Source: an uncultured Clostridia bacterium
Lineage (GTDB): Bacteria; Bacillota; Clostridia; TANB77; CAG-508
Direction: 5' to 3'
Length of the DNA stretch: 64,000 nucleotides
Assembly: GCA_947628835.1 (NCBI GenBank)
Contig: CANRBL010000001.1
Location: 1,618 to 65,617 of the forward strand
In this document: piece after piece, positions 10,211 to 20,727 of the stretch
How the letters are laid out: every line of letters begins with the position of its first letter
How positions within the stretch are numbered: the first letter of the stretch is position 1
Translations under genes and position numbers: made by a program
Notes under the pieces: model-generated
Databases searched by the model: none
Told to the model about the DNA's origin: nothing
What the model saw: only the letters and a program-made list of their open reading frames with translations

Positions 10211-10652
10211 TTTGAATATACAAATACAAAATATGACTTTAACTGATTTAAACTCTATATCAAATATTTTAGAAAACGACTTTGATAATTTTTGGAATTA
10301 CAACATTTTTAAAGAAGAACTTGAATGTAAAAATTCAGTATATATAAAAGCTATAAAAAATGATGAAATTGTAGGCTTTGCAGGTATAAAAATTATATTA
10401 GATGAGGCAACTATTACAAATATAGTTACAAAAATTTCTCTACGAAACTGTGGAATTGGTACACTATTACTTGATAATTTAATAAATCTTTGTATTTCTC
10501 AAAAACTAAATTCAATTACATTAGAAGTTAATGAAAATAATCATATTGCAATTCATCTATATGAAAAAAAAGGATTTAAAAATTTAGGAACAAGAAAAAG
10601 ATATTATAACAACTGTGATGATGCCTTTATCATGACAAAATCTTTAAAATAA
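10203..10652 (+). CDS. rimI: ribosomal-protein-alanine N-acetyltransferase (GNAT)
   Basis: GNAT fold motifs (RNCGIGTLLL, YEKKGF); conserved position after tsaB. Confidence 0.7.
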   Translation: MISLNIQIQNMTLTDLNSISNILENDFDNFWNYNIFKEELECKNSVYIKAIKNDEIVGFAGIKIILDEATITNIVTKISLRNCGIGTLLLDNLINLCISQKLNSITLEVNENNHIAIHLYEKKGFKNLGTRKRYYNNCDDAFIMTKSLK

Positions 10653-10700
10653 ATAAATCTATATAATAAGAAACACTATAAAACTTCAATTTTAAGTGAA

Positions 10701-10882
10701 ATAAAATATATAATTTTGAAAAAAGCGCATTGAAAATAATTAAGCTAGAAATTCTAAAAAATTTTATGGAAAGAGTTCACGTAGCGAAGCGAAGTGGAAG
10801 GGTGCCATAAAATTTTTTTTAGAATTTCTTTGAAAATTATTTGAACGAGCATTTTTGAGAAATATATATTTTATTTCAAAAA
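10701..10882. repeat. palindromic intergenic repeat element, family 1, copy A (inverted relative to copies B and C)
   Basis: ~180-bp element with long imperfect inverted arms (agaaattctaaaaaattttatgg / ccataaaattttttagaatttct) around a conserved core; reverse complement nearly identical to 15243..15422 and 46966..47138. Confidence 0.7.
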
Positions 10883-10940
10883 GAATTTCAGTAAATTTCA
10901 ATTTTATTTATATTACTTAAAAATTTCTATTGTAACAATA

Positions 10941-11813
10941 TCATTTCCGTTTTTTAGTCGCCATATATTGTATATCTTTAACTATAAATCTAGCTTTTCC
11001 TCTAATATTTACTAAATCCCCTTCATTTACTATTTTTGAAGGTTTTACTTCTGTTTGGTAATTTATATATACCTTTTCTTTTTTTAACATTTCCACAGCA
11101 ACTGTTCTTGAACACTCAGCAACAGTTGATACTAAATTATCAATTCTCATAGATGCAACAACAATTTGTTTTCTTTGCATATTAATATTTAATCTGCGCA
11201 AACGATTAATATTTTCTAAAACTATTTCAGCTCTTGAAAATCTCTTTAATGAATTTAAGTTTTGTAATAAAAACTGAGATACTTCAGGGCAAATTATAAT
11301 ATCAGCTCCATCATCTGCAACAATTATATCTCCTATCTTTTCCCTTTCTATTCCCAATTTTATAACTCCACCTAAATACATTCTATGATTATATTGCCCT
11401 TTTAAATCTAATGGTAAATTTATTTTTACAACCTGCATAGTTTTTGAAATATATTTTTTAACAATAAACTCTTCTGTATCTTGTGGATATACAATAAGCA
11501 TCTTTCTTTCCGCTTCTTGAAAACCTCCTGTAAACACAAATTGGTTAAACTCTATTTTTTGTAATAATTTTTCTATAATTCCAATTTGATATACATCTAA
11601 AAAATTAGTATTCATTAATTTATTATTCTTTTTCATTAAATTAATTTTGTCTAAAACCTTAGATATTAACAACTTATCTTCTTGCTTTGAATAGCTATCT
11701 ATTATATCATGCTTTTCCACTTTTAATTCCTTTCTAATTATCCAATACACACTTTTTATAACTATACTTATTATAATGCTATATTTTTCAATTATTGCAC
11801 AAATAATTAACAT
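10941..11813 (-). CDS. ylmH: YlmH-like RNA-binding S4-domain protein
   Basis: C-terminal S4 motif (MRIDNLVSTVAECSRTVAVEMLKKEKVYINY); true start probably downstream of the annotated ATG. Confidence 0.5.
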   Translation of the reverse strand: MLIICAIIEKYSIIISIVIKSVYWIIRKELKVEKHDIIDSYSKQEDKLLISKVLDKINLMKKNNKLMNTNFLDVYQIGIIEKLLQKIEFNQFVFTGGFQEAERKMLIVYPQDTEEFIVKKYISKTMQVVKINLPLDLKGQYNHRMYLGGVIKLGIEREKIGDIIVADDGADIIICPEVSQFLLQNLNSLKRFSRAEIVLENINRLRRLNINMQRKQIVVASMRIDNLVSTVAECSRTVAVEMLKKEKVYINYQTEVKPSKIVNEGDLVNIRGKARFIVKDIQYMATKKRK

Positions 11814-12454
11814 GTAACTAATACTATCATTATAAACATTGACATTGGCACTGTTAAATTATCTGTTCCCTTAATAGATACAGCTTCACATAAAGTTGCA
11901 ATTATACTAATTATCACAGCTTTAAATAACCATAAACTTATTCCTAATGAAAATAAATATATTGATACTAAAATTAATGTTGTAATAAACATAGCAGTTG
12001 AACCCATTAATGATTTTGATGAATTTCCTATCTTATAAGTTGGACTTTTTACTGCTTTTCCAACTACTGCCGCTAACCCATCTCCTAAAGCCAAAACTAA
12101 AGTTGGAATTAAACCTAATATTGGTCTTTTAAACACTCCAAATGAAAATATAGATAATATTAATAATGAAATTGCAAAATACACTGTACCTAATCCTTCA
12201 TTTTTTTCTCTTTCCATAACTTTTATTAAATTATATTTATAAGATAAATAATTTATTATAACAAATGTCGCAGGTGCAATTGATGCCCATATAACATTAT
12301 TAAAAAATATCATTGCTATAACCCACCAAAATCCTAAAAATATATGTATAAATTTTCTACTTGCTTCTGTACCAAATTTTTCTACTTTTTTTGAAATAAT
12401 TATTAGAAAAAATACAAAAATATATGATAATACCAATCCTACAAAATTATTCAT
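11807..12454 (-). CDS. polytopic membrane protein, CTP-dependent polyprenol/diacylglycerol kinase (DolK/VTE5-like) family
   Basis: RKFIHIF and GDGLAAVVGK motifs characteristic of the cytidylyltransferase-like kinase family; 6-7 TM helices. Confidence 0.45.
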   Translation of the reverse strand: MNNFVGLVLSYIFVFFLIIISKKVEKFGTEASRKFIHIFLGFWWVIAMIFFNNVIWASIAPATFVIINYLSYKYNLIKVMEREKNEGLGTVYFAISLLILSIFSFGVFKRPILGLIPTLVLALGDGLAAVVGKAVKSPTYKIGNSSKSLMGSTAMFITTLILVSIYLFSLGISLWLFKAVIISIIATLCEAVSIKGTDNLTVPMSMFIMIVLVTC

Positions 12455-12614
12455 TTACTCCTCCATTTATTACCTTTTTATAAATTTTATAATATCTTAT
12501 CATATAATTACTATAAATTCTACAAAATATAAAATTTTTTTGTTATATTGACATACTAATATTTTAGAAATAAAATAATATTGTTTTAATAAATTTATTA
12601 ACGGAGGTTTTATT

Positions 12615-13547
12615 ATGTCATTAGTTACAACAACAGAAATGTTTAAAAAAGCTATGGAGGAAAAATTTGCAATAGGTGCATTTAATGTTAACAATATGGA
12701 AATTATACAAGGAATTGTAGATGCTGCTGCTGCTGAAAATTCACCTGTAATATTACAAGCATCATCTAGTGCTATAAAATATGCTAGAATTAATTACCTA
12801 ATGAAACTAGTTGAAGCTGCAACAAGCGAATATCCTAATATTCCAATTGCCATTCATTTAGACCATGGACCTGATTTTGAAACATGTAAATTATGTATAG
12901 ATAATGGATTTACATCAGTTATGATTGATGGTTCAAAATATGATTTTGAAGAAAATATTGCATTAACAAAGAAAGTAGTAGATTATGCACATTCAAAAGG
13001 AGTCGTAGTTGAAGCAGAACTTGGAAAATTAGCAGGAATTGAAGATGATGTTAATGTATCTGATTCTGATGCAATGTACACAGATCCAGAGCAAGCTGAG
13101 CAATTTGTAAAAGCTACTGGTTGTGATTCTTTAGCAATTGCAATTGGTACAAGTCATGGTGCTTATAAATTCAAAGGTGAAGCAAAATTACGATTTGATA
13201 TTTTAAAAGAGGTAAAATCAAGAATTCCTAACACACCAATAGTATTACATGGTGCTTCTACTGTTATACCTGAACTAGTAGAAATGTGCAATAAATTTGG
13301 TGGAAATATTCCAGGTGCAAAAGGCGTTCCTGATGAAATGTTGCATGAAGCTAGTATATCTGGTGTTTCAAAAATAAATGTTGATACAGATTTAAGGCTT
13401 GCTATGACTGCTGGAATAAGAAAAGTATTTACAGAAGAACCAAATGCTTTTGACCCTAGAAAATATCTTACACCTGCTCGTGAATTAATAAAAAATACTG
13501 TACAACACAAAATTAAAGATGTATTTTGTTCTTCAAACAAAGCATAA
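12615..13547 (+). CDS. fba: class II fructose-bisphosphate aldolase
   Basis: AIGAFNVNNMEIIQGIVDAA...HLDHG...GTSHGAYKF, Zn-dependent class II FBA. Confidence 0.9.
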   Translation: MSLVTTTEMFKKAMEEKFAIGAFNVNNMEIIQGIVDAAAAENSPVILQASSSAIKYARINYLMKLVEAATSEYPNIPIAIHLDHGPDFETCKLCIDNGFTSVMIDGSKYDFEENIALTKKVVDYAHSKGVVVEAELGKLAGIEDDVNVSDSDAMYTDPEQAEQFVKATGCDSLAIAIGTSHGAYKFKGEAKLRFDILKEVKSRIPNTPIVLHGASTVIPELVEMCNKFGGNIPGAKGVPDEMLHEASISGVSKINVDTDLRLAMTAGIRKVFTEEPNAFDPRKYLTPARELIKNTVQHKIKDVFCSSNKA

Positions 13548-13570
13548 ATATCTGAAAAATCTATTGTTTT

Positions 13571-13606
13571 AGGAAAGTATGTTATATTACTTTCCTATTA
13601 TTTTGT
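13571..13606 (+). terminator. rho-independent terminator of fba
   Basis: AGGAAAGTA / TACTTTCCT stem followed by ATTATTTTG. Confidence 0.6.
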
Positions 13607-13650
13607 CGAATTTTGCGATGAAAATTTTAAATTTTTTGTCAAATATTATT

Positions 13651-13685
13651 GACATATTTTTCCAATGCTATTATACTGGAAATAT
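13651..13685 (+). promoter_or_regulatory. near-consensus sigma-A-like promoter
   Basis: TTGACA - 17 nt - TATACT; lies ~240 nt upstream of the Rpn-like ORF, so its target is unclear. Confidence 0.3.
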
Positions 13686-13921
13686 CAAATTATATAATTT
13701 TGTTGTAACAACAATATATTTTTTCTATTTTTAGTTCAGTAATTTTTTTTCTTACTAACTATTTATAATAGTAATTAATTTCAAAACAAATTATGTTTTA
13801 TATCATTGTTACATTCTACCAAGAGTTAACTCTATAAATTTATTTTGTTGAATACAATTTCATATTCAATAATAAAAAAGGAGGTGCATAGTTTTAGTTT
13901 TATACTATTAAACTATATTAA

Positions 13922-14557
13922 ATGAACAGAAAACTAATATCAAAAAGTAATTTTGTATTAAGAAAAGTCATAAATAAAATTGAATGTATAGATATTATAA
14001 AAGACTTCATTGAAAGTATTTTACAGATAAAAATAAATTCTATAACATTAAATCCTTATTTATCACATATGGCAAAATATTTACCTTCGGAAGATAATTT
14101 TGGAATAGCAGATGTTAGAATTATAACAAATGATAATATTGAATATAATGTTGGAATTCAATTCATTGATGGATATTATGTGCAAAATAAATTATTATTG
14201 TATTATGCACAAATTCACGCAAATCAATTACAACATCAAAACTATAACAATACTGTAAAAACTATTACTATAAATATTTTAGATTTTGATTATTTTAATT
14301 CTAATACTTACAATAAAACTATAAAAATTAGAGAAAGTACTAATAGTGAATTTAATGAAGATATTGAATTACACGTTATAGAACTATCAAAATTTCGCAA
14401 TCAAAAAAATACAATTTCAAATAAAGAAGATGCTTGGATTGCATATTTAGATGGAAGTAATGAAAAATTAACAGACTATGCAAAAAACAATTTCGAATAT
14501 ATAAAAAAACTTGACAACTGCTTAGAAAATTACTGGGTAAATGAAACTATGGAATAG
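13922..14557 (+). pseudogene. Rpn/PD-(D/E)XK nuclease (transposase_31)-like ORF, probably disrupted, part 1
   Basis: weak family resemblance (GIADVRI...NVGIQF...LLLYYAQI...IELSKF); in-frame TAA immediately upstream of the ATG; nearest Shine-Dalgarno is 35 nt away. Confidence 0.35.
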
Positions 14558-14634
14558 GAGGTGTTTCAATCCATTTATCTTATAACAATTCTGATAAATT
14601 AAAAGATATTTTTATTGATTTAAATAATAAAAAT

Positions 14635-15165
14635 ATGATAATTACTTTGCTAATCTCTGTATTAAATTTAGATATTATTGATTTTAAATTTATTGATATA
14701 AAAAGCCTAAAAAATATTGCTGAATATCAATTTTCGCTATTAAAATGTGTATGTACTTTATCTAATTTAGAAACTCTTGATATATATTTGCGTATTATAA
14801 AAAAAGGAAAAATTAAAGAATCACTATTTTGCTATTGGTATTTATTATATGAAGAACAAGCTAGTAAATTTTCTAAAAAAGACATTTTTTCTTCTATTGT
14901 TAATAAAGCATCAATTTCAGATATATACTCAGAAAAGTACAAAAATAGCGTATTTTTAGAAATAGAAAATAATACTACTGATATTTTAAAATTTGGTACA
15001 GAAGTACATTTTATAGATTTTGTGAAATACATTGAATATAACAAAACTCAAAAACCAGAATTGAAAAATTGGCTAAATTATATAGATAAATCATCAAGCG
15101 ATTTTTTAATGATAGGCTTAGTATCAAATAAAAGTGCAAATAATAATATTATTTCTATTATTTAA
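14635..15165 (+). pseudogene. Rpn-like ORF, part 2 (frame-shifted continuation)
   Basis: reading frame is open from ~14546 and overlaps the end of part 1 in another frame; no RBS at the annotated ATG; similar N-terminal motif (LISVLNLDIIDF). Confidence 0.3.
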
Positions 15166-15242
15166 TTATTATTTTTTAATTGATATTTTTTATATAATAG
15201 GGAACTACATAAAACTTTTTTTAGTTTTACAATATAAATTGA

Positions 15243-15422
15243 AAAAAATATATAATTTTTCAAAAATGCTCGTTCAAATAATTTTCACAGAAATTCTAAA
15301 AAAATTTTATTGCACCCTTCCATGACAAGCGTGAACTCTTTCCATAAAATTTTTTAGAATTTCTAGCTCAATTATTCTCAATGCGCTCGCTTTTTTCAAA
15401 ATTATATATTTTATTTCAAAAG
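15243..15422. repeat. palindromic intergenic repeat element, family 1, copy B
   Basis: near-identical to 46966..47138 and to the reverse complement of 10701..10882; core ggcacccttccatgacaagcgtgaactctttcc. Confidence 0.7.
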
Positions 15423-15546
15423 AAATGTCTATACGTTTCCTATTATATAAAATTTATTGTATAGAAATTTACTATGTAAATTTTTCTTACATTGATATAT
15501 ATAAATTATTTATTTTTGAACAATTTATATATATCAATGACTTATT

Positions 15547-17829
15547 CTAATGTGCATCTGTTAAAGTTTGCTTTAATGTAACAGTTATTACTGTTCCTTC
15601 TTCTACTGTATCTCCTATCGCATAATCTTGACTTATTACAGTTCCTTCACTACCACTTATTGCTATATTTAAATTTTTAGATTTTAACGAATTTTTTGCT
15701 TGTGCAATTGTCATACCTTTTAAATCAGGTACATCTACTGATGTTCTAGTTGTATTTTCTGTAGAATACAATTTTATAATTGAATCTGTAAATAATTTTG
15801 TTCCTGCTTTTGGTACTTGTTCCATAACTAATAGCGAATCTTCATTTCCTGTTACAGAAATTTGTACATCAAATCCATATGAAGATAAAATTTTCTTTGC
15901 TTCTGTTACTGTTTTATTTGTTACATCTGGTAAAGTTACTGTTTTACTATCTTGATTAGAGTTTTCTGTTGCATCTGATGGAACACCTAAATATGGTAAA
16001 ATATCTGTAAGCATTTGTGAAACAACTGGTGCTGCAATTTGACCACCTTGATGTTTTCTCTCTTTAGGAGGATCATAAAGTGTTACTAATATAACAATTT
16101 CTGTATTTTCTACTGGAGATACTCCAATAAATGATGCTACATATCCTTCATCAGAATTTTCTCCAATTGGTTCTGATGTTCCTGTTTTTCCTCCTACTGA
16201 GTACCCATCCACTGCTGCATTTCCTCCTGTACCCTTCGTTACATCATATTCCAAAAGATTTTTCATTTTTTCTGATGTTTGCTTTGAAATAACTTGTCTA
16301 ACTTCTTTAGTTTCAACTGTTGTAACTGCTCCAGTTTTTGCATTTGTTATTTCCTTTACTATTCTAGGTTGCATTAAAACTCCATCATTTACTATTGCAG
16401 ATACTGCTGTAACAAGTTGAAGTGGTGTAATCTTAATACGCTGACCAAATGACATAGTTGCAAGTTCTACTGGTCCAACATTTTCTAAATTATGGAATAT
16501 ACTTTTAAATTCTCCCGATAACCCTATTCCCGTTTTATCAAAAAATCCAAAAGCCTTATAATATTTATATAATGTTGTTGCTCCTATTCTTTTTCCTAAT
16601 TGCATAAAAGCAGGATTACAAGAATTACCAAAAGCTTCTTTTAAAGTTTGTTGACCATGTGGATTTGCTCTCCAACATTTTATTGGTGTTCCACTAACAT
16701 TTTCTACTCCTGTGCATATGAAATCATTTGGTACATCAGTATCAGTTATATTTTCTTCTAATGCAACTGCTGCTGTAATTATTTTAAATGTAGACCCTGG
16801 CTCATATGTATCTGAAATTGATTTTCCATTCCACATTAATTGCAATGCATCTCTTTGTTGTTCATCTGTCAAAGTATCCCATGTTGTTTTTAAATTTTCA
16901 GATGGAACATAAGGATTATTTAAGTCATAATCTGGATATGAAGCCATTGCCAAAATATCCCCTGTAGATGGTTGCATTACAATTACATTTCCTCCCTTTG
17001 AACAGCTATTATCCTGTACAGCTTGTTTTAAGTACTTTTCTACAATTGACTGTATCTTCATATCTATAGTCAATGTTATATTACTTCCATCTTGTGCTTC
17101 TATATATTTTTCTTGAGAATTTGGAATTTCAGACTGACTTCCTCCCTTTGCACTTACTAATTTACCATATGTACCTGTCAATACAGAATCCCATGAATAT
17201 TCTATACCACTTAAACCTTGATTATCACTTCCACAAAATCCTATCAATTGAGAAGCCAAGTTATTATTTGGATAATATCTTTTTGAATCTTCATCTATGT
17301 TTATTCCAACTTTTATTTCATTTTCTTCCATCCATTTTTTTAACTCATCTACTTTATCTTGTTCTACCTTTTTTATTATTGTTTGTACTGACGATTTAGT
17401 ATTTTGTACTTTTGTCAAGGTCTCCTGATAGTCTAAGCTAAATATGCTTGACAGTCCTTGTGCTATTAATTCCTGATACTTTATTGTATCTTCCTCTTTT
17501 TCTTTAATAAATTTTGATGGATTTATTGTTATAGTATCTACCTGTTCACTAATCGCCAACGATTTTCCTGTAGTATCATATATATTTCCTCGCTTTGGAC
17601 TTATTATTTGATTTATTGCCTGTTGCGAATATGCTAATTCTTTAAAACGCGTACCATCTACAAATTGTATTACTCCTATTCTTATAATCAATGCAAATAG
17701 TGCTACATATGTTGCTACTGTAATTATTTTTACTTTTTTTCTTGATATTGTATTTTTCACATTATAATCATTTTTTATTTCATTTTTTTTATTTTTATAT
17801 TTCACAATGTTTTTATGTTTTTTATTCAT
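15547..17829 (-). CDS. penicillin-binding protein (SpoVD/PBP2B-like transpeptidase with two PASTA domains)
   Basis: PBP dimerisation and transpeptidase domains (STFK active site at GSTFKIITAA); two C-terminal PASTA repeats. Confidence 0.8.
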   Translation of the reverse strand: MNKKHKNIVKYKNKKNEIKNDYNVKNTISRKKVKIITVATYVALFALIIRIGVIQFVDGTRFKELAYSQQAINQIISPKRGNIYDTTGKSLAISEQVDTITINPSKFIKEKEEDTIKYQELIAQGLSSIFSLDYQETLTKVQNTKSSVQTIIKKVEQDKVDELKKWMEENEIKVGINIDEDSKRYYPNNNLASQLIGFCGSDNQGLSGIEYSWDSVLTGTYGKLVSAKGGSQSEIPNSQEKYIEAQDGSNITLTIDMKIQSIVEKYLKQAVQDNSCSKGGNVIVMQPSTGDILAMASYPDYDLNNPYVPSENLKTTWDTLTDEQQRDALQLMWNGKSISDTYEPGSTFKIITAAVALEENITDTDVPNDFICTGVENVSGTPIKCWRANPHGQQTLKEAFGNSCNPAFMQLGKRIGATTLYKYYKAFGFFDKTGIGLSGEFKSIFHNLENVGPVELATMSFGQRIKITPLQLVTAVSAIVNDGVLMQPRIVKEITNAKTGAVTTVETKEVRQVISKQTSEKMKNLLEYDVTKGTGGNAAVDGYSVGGKTGTSEPIGENSDEGYVASFIGVSPVENTEIVILVTLYDPPKERKHQGGQIAAPVVSQMLTDILPYLGVPSDATENSNQDSKTVTLPDVTNKTVTEAKKILSSYGFDVQISVTGNEDSLLVMEQVPKAGTKLFTDSIIKLYSTENTTRTSVDVPDLKGMTIAQAKNSLKSKNLNIAISGSEGTVISQDYAIGDTVEEGTVITVTLKQTLTDAH

Positions 17830-17947
17830 ATAATCACCACTTTTGTATTTTATCTTATTTTATATTTACCATATAAAAAAGTCAATAAAATACTTTAATT
17901 TTATTACTATTTAAGTTACAATTCACAGTTTATAAATAAAAACGTTA

Positions 17948-18083
17948 TTAACTAATTAACTTTTAAGTAAGTGCGTAAGCGATCAACCGTAGTGAAACGA
18001 AGGGCGATTGGAGCAACTTACATACTATTTTTTATATTATGGAAGTTGCGACACACAAACTTACTTAAAAGTTAATTAGTTAA
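17948..18083. repeat. palindromic element with perfect 25-bp terminal inverted repeats
   Basis: ttaactaattaacttttaagtaagt ... acttacttaaaagttaattagttaa flanking an 86-bp GC-richer core related to the family-1 core (ccgtagtgaaacgaagggcg). Confidence 0.7.
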
Positions 18084-18128
18084 GAACTCTATAATATTTG
18101 ACTTGTAACCTATTTAAGGAGGATTTTT

Positions 18129-19676
18129 ATGTTATCAAAAATAAATTCAATGGCATTAAATGGACTTGATGGATATTTGGTAGAAATTCAAACTGATATC
18201 AGTCCTGGCCTTCCATCATTTGAAATAGTTGGTCTTCCAGACACAAGTGTTAAAGAAGCAAAAGAAAGAATACGTTCAGCAATTAAAAATTCTGGATTTG
18301 AATTTCCAAGCAGACGCTTTTTAATAAATCTAGCTCCTGCTGATATAAAAAAAGGAGGTTCTAGTTTTGATTTACCTATGGCTATTGGTATATTAATTGC
18401 CATTGGATATATTAATGAAAATAATATTAGTAATTTAGAAAAAAGCATATTTTTAGGTGAAGTTTCTCTTGACGGAAGTATAAACAGTATTAATGGTATA
18501 TTACCTATGTGTATTGAAGCTTTACATCTAGGAATTAAAAATGTATATCTTCCAAAAAATAATATACGTGAAGCTTCTATTGTTAAGGATTTAAATACTA
18601 TTCCAGTTGATAATTTAACACAATTAGTTAATCATCTAAATGGTATTAGTACAATAGAAAAAGAAAATTTTGATATTAATAATTTATTTAGCTGTCATTC
18701 TACACATAACTTAGATTTTGCAGATGTTAAAGGGCAAGAAAACATAAAAAGAGCCTTAGAAGTTTCTGCTGCTGGTGCTCACAATTGTCTACTTATAGGT
18801 AGTCCAGGTTCTGGTAAAACTATGATGGCAAGACGTTTGCCTACAATTTTACCTGATTTAACTTTTAATGAAGCTTTGGAAATAACTAAAATTCATAGTA
18901 TTGCTGGAAAATTAAAAAATAATTCTTCACTTGTTACTACTAGACCTTTCAGAGCTCCACATCATAATATATCCCCATCTTCTATTATTGGTGGAGGTCG
19001 TATTCCTACTCCTGGCGAAATTAGTCTTGCACATTTTGGAATATTATTTTTAGATGAATTACCAGAATTTAATAAAAATTTATTGGAATTACTTAGAACT
19101 CCTTTAGAAGATAGAGAAGTAACTATTAGTCGTGTTAATTCTACACTTACTTTTCCTTGTAATTTTATGTTTGTTGGTAGTATGAATCCTTGTATGTGTG
19201 GATATTACGGTAGTGGTGTAAAAGAATGTACCTGTTCACCTGAATCTATTAGTAAGTATTTAGGTAAAATTAGTGGTCCTCTTTTAGATAGAATTGATAT
19301 TCATATAGAAGTCAAACCTGTACAATATAAAAAATTAGATTCTAATATAAAAAATGAAACATCTAAGCAAATAAAAGAAAGAGTTGATAATGCTAGACAA
19401 ATTCAACTTGATAGATATAAAGATTTTAATATATATTCTAATTCTGAATTGACTCCTAATCTTATAAATGAATTTTGTAAAATTAATTCTAATGGTAAAA
19501 AAATTCTAGAAAATGCTTTTGATAAATTAGGATTAAGTGCTCGAGCATATACTCGAATTTTAAAAGTTGCTCGCACTATTGCAGATTTAGATAATAAACC
19601 TAATATTGAATGCACTCATTTAGCAGAAGCAATTCAATATAGGAGTTTAGATAGAAAGTATACAGATAAATATTAA
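18129..19676 (+). CDS. comM: YifB/ComM family Mg-chelatase-like AAA+ ATPase
   Basis: N-terminal Lon-like/ChlI architecture and Walker A GSPGSGKT; ~510 aa. Confidence 0.85.
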   Translation: MLSKINSMALNGLDGYLVEIQTDISPGLPSFEIVGLPDTSVKEAKERIRSAIKNSGFEFPSRRFLINLAPADIKKGGSSFDLPMAIGILIAIGYINENNISNLEKSIFLGEVSLDGSINSINGILPMCIEALHLGIKNVYLPKNNIREASIVKDLNTIPVDNLTQLVNHLNGISTIEKENFDINNLFSCHSTHNLDFADVKGQENIKRALEVSAAGAHNCLLIGSPGSGKTMMARRLPTILPDLTFNEALEITKIHSIAGKLKNNSSLVTTRPFRAPHHNISPSSIIGGGRIPTPGEISLAHFGILFLDELPEFNKNLLELLRTPLEDREVTISRVNSTLTFPCNFMFVGSMNPCMCGYYGSGVKECTCSPESISKYLGKISGPLLDRIDIHIEVKPVQYKKLDSNIKNETSKQIKERVDNARQIQLDRYKDFNIYSNSELTPNLINEFCKINSNGKKILENAFDKLGLSARAYTRILKVARTIADLDNKPNIECTHLAEAIQYRSLDRKYTDKY

Positions 19677-19698
19677 ATATGAAAGGACTTTATATAGT

Positions 19699-20700
19699 AT
19701 GATAATTAATTATGAAGATTCTAATTTTCCAATTTCTTTACGCAATATTCCCAATGCACCTAAACAGTTATATGTAAAGGGAAACATTAATTTATTAAAT
19801 TCTATCGGTATTGCAATTATAGGTTCTCGAAATTGTACTGATTATGGGAAAAAAATGTGCGAATATTTTACAAAAAAACTAACCCAGTATGGATTAACTA
19901 TAATTAGTGGAATGGCTGTTGGTATTGATGCCATTTCTCATATTACCGCAATCAAAAATAATGGAAAAACTATTGCTGTTTTACCCAGTGGTTTTAATCA
20001 TATTTTTCCTAAGGAAAATATTAATCTATTTGAAGATATTATTAACTCTGATGGTTGTATTGTTAGTGAATATTCACCTGATATTTATGCTTCATATAAT
20101 AATTTTTTAAAACGAAACAGAATTGTTAGTGGTTTAGCAATAGGCACTTTAGTAATTGAAGCAGGATATAGAAGTGGTACTACTGTTACTGCTAGACTAA
20201 CTAATCAGCAAGACAAAAAAGTATTCTGTGTTCCAAGTAACTTAGATAATCCTAAGGGAATCAGCACAAATACTTTAATACAAAAGGGTGCTTTTTTAGT
20301 TACTTGTGCAGAGGACATTCTAAAACAAATTCCTGACTTAAATATTAATATTATTAATGAAAAGAGAAATCATTTTATAGATAATACCTCTGATTCTAAG
20401 TACAATTCTTATACTAATACTAACATTAATTCTAATATTAATCCCAATATTAATTCTAATATTAATTCTAATATTAATTCTAATATTAATTCTAATAATA
20501 TTTCTAATAATATTAATTTTAAAATTAATCCCAATCTTTTAGACATTTACAATCTTATTAGTAATGAACCAATTGATATTGATGATATTATACGTCTATC
20601 TAATTTAAGTATTAATGAAGTTAATTATAAACTTACTATGCTTGAACTTGAAAATTTGATAATACAATTGCCAGGAAAACAATTTATTTTAAAAAATTAA
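19699..20700 (+). CDS. dprA: DNA-processing protein DprA (Smf)
   Basis: IAIIGSRNCTDYGKK Rossmann-like DprA core; contains an in-frame N/I/S-rich repeat insertion before the C-terminal domain. Confidence 0.85.
   Translation: MIINYEDSNFPISLRNIPNAPKQLYVKGNINLLNSIGIAIIGSRNCTDYGKKMCEYFTKKLTQYGLTIISGMAVGIDAISHITAIKNNGKTIAVLPSGFNHIFPKENINLFEDIINSDGCIVSEYSPDIYASYNNFLKRNRIVSGLAIGTLVIEAGYRSGTTVTARLTNQQDKKVFCVPSNLDNPKGISTNTLIQKGAFLVTCAEDILKQIPDLNINIINEKRNHFIDNTSDSKYNSYTNTNINSNINPNINSNINSNINSNINSNNISNNINFKINPNLLDIYNLISNEPIDIDDIIRLSNLSINEVNYKLTMLELENLIIQLPGKQFILKN
20423..20520 (+). repeat. in-frame 12-bp tandem repeat (aatattaattct)n inside dprA
   Basis: about 7 tandem units encoding NINS/NINP repeats, seen directly. 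Confidence 0.85.
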
Positions 20701-20727
20701 ACATATAAACTATAAGGGAGAATACTT

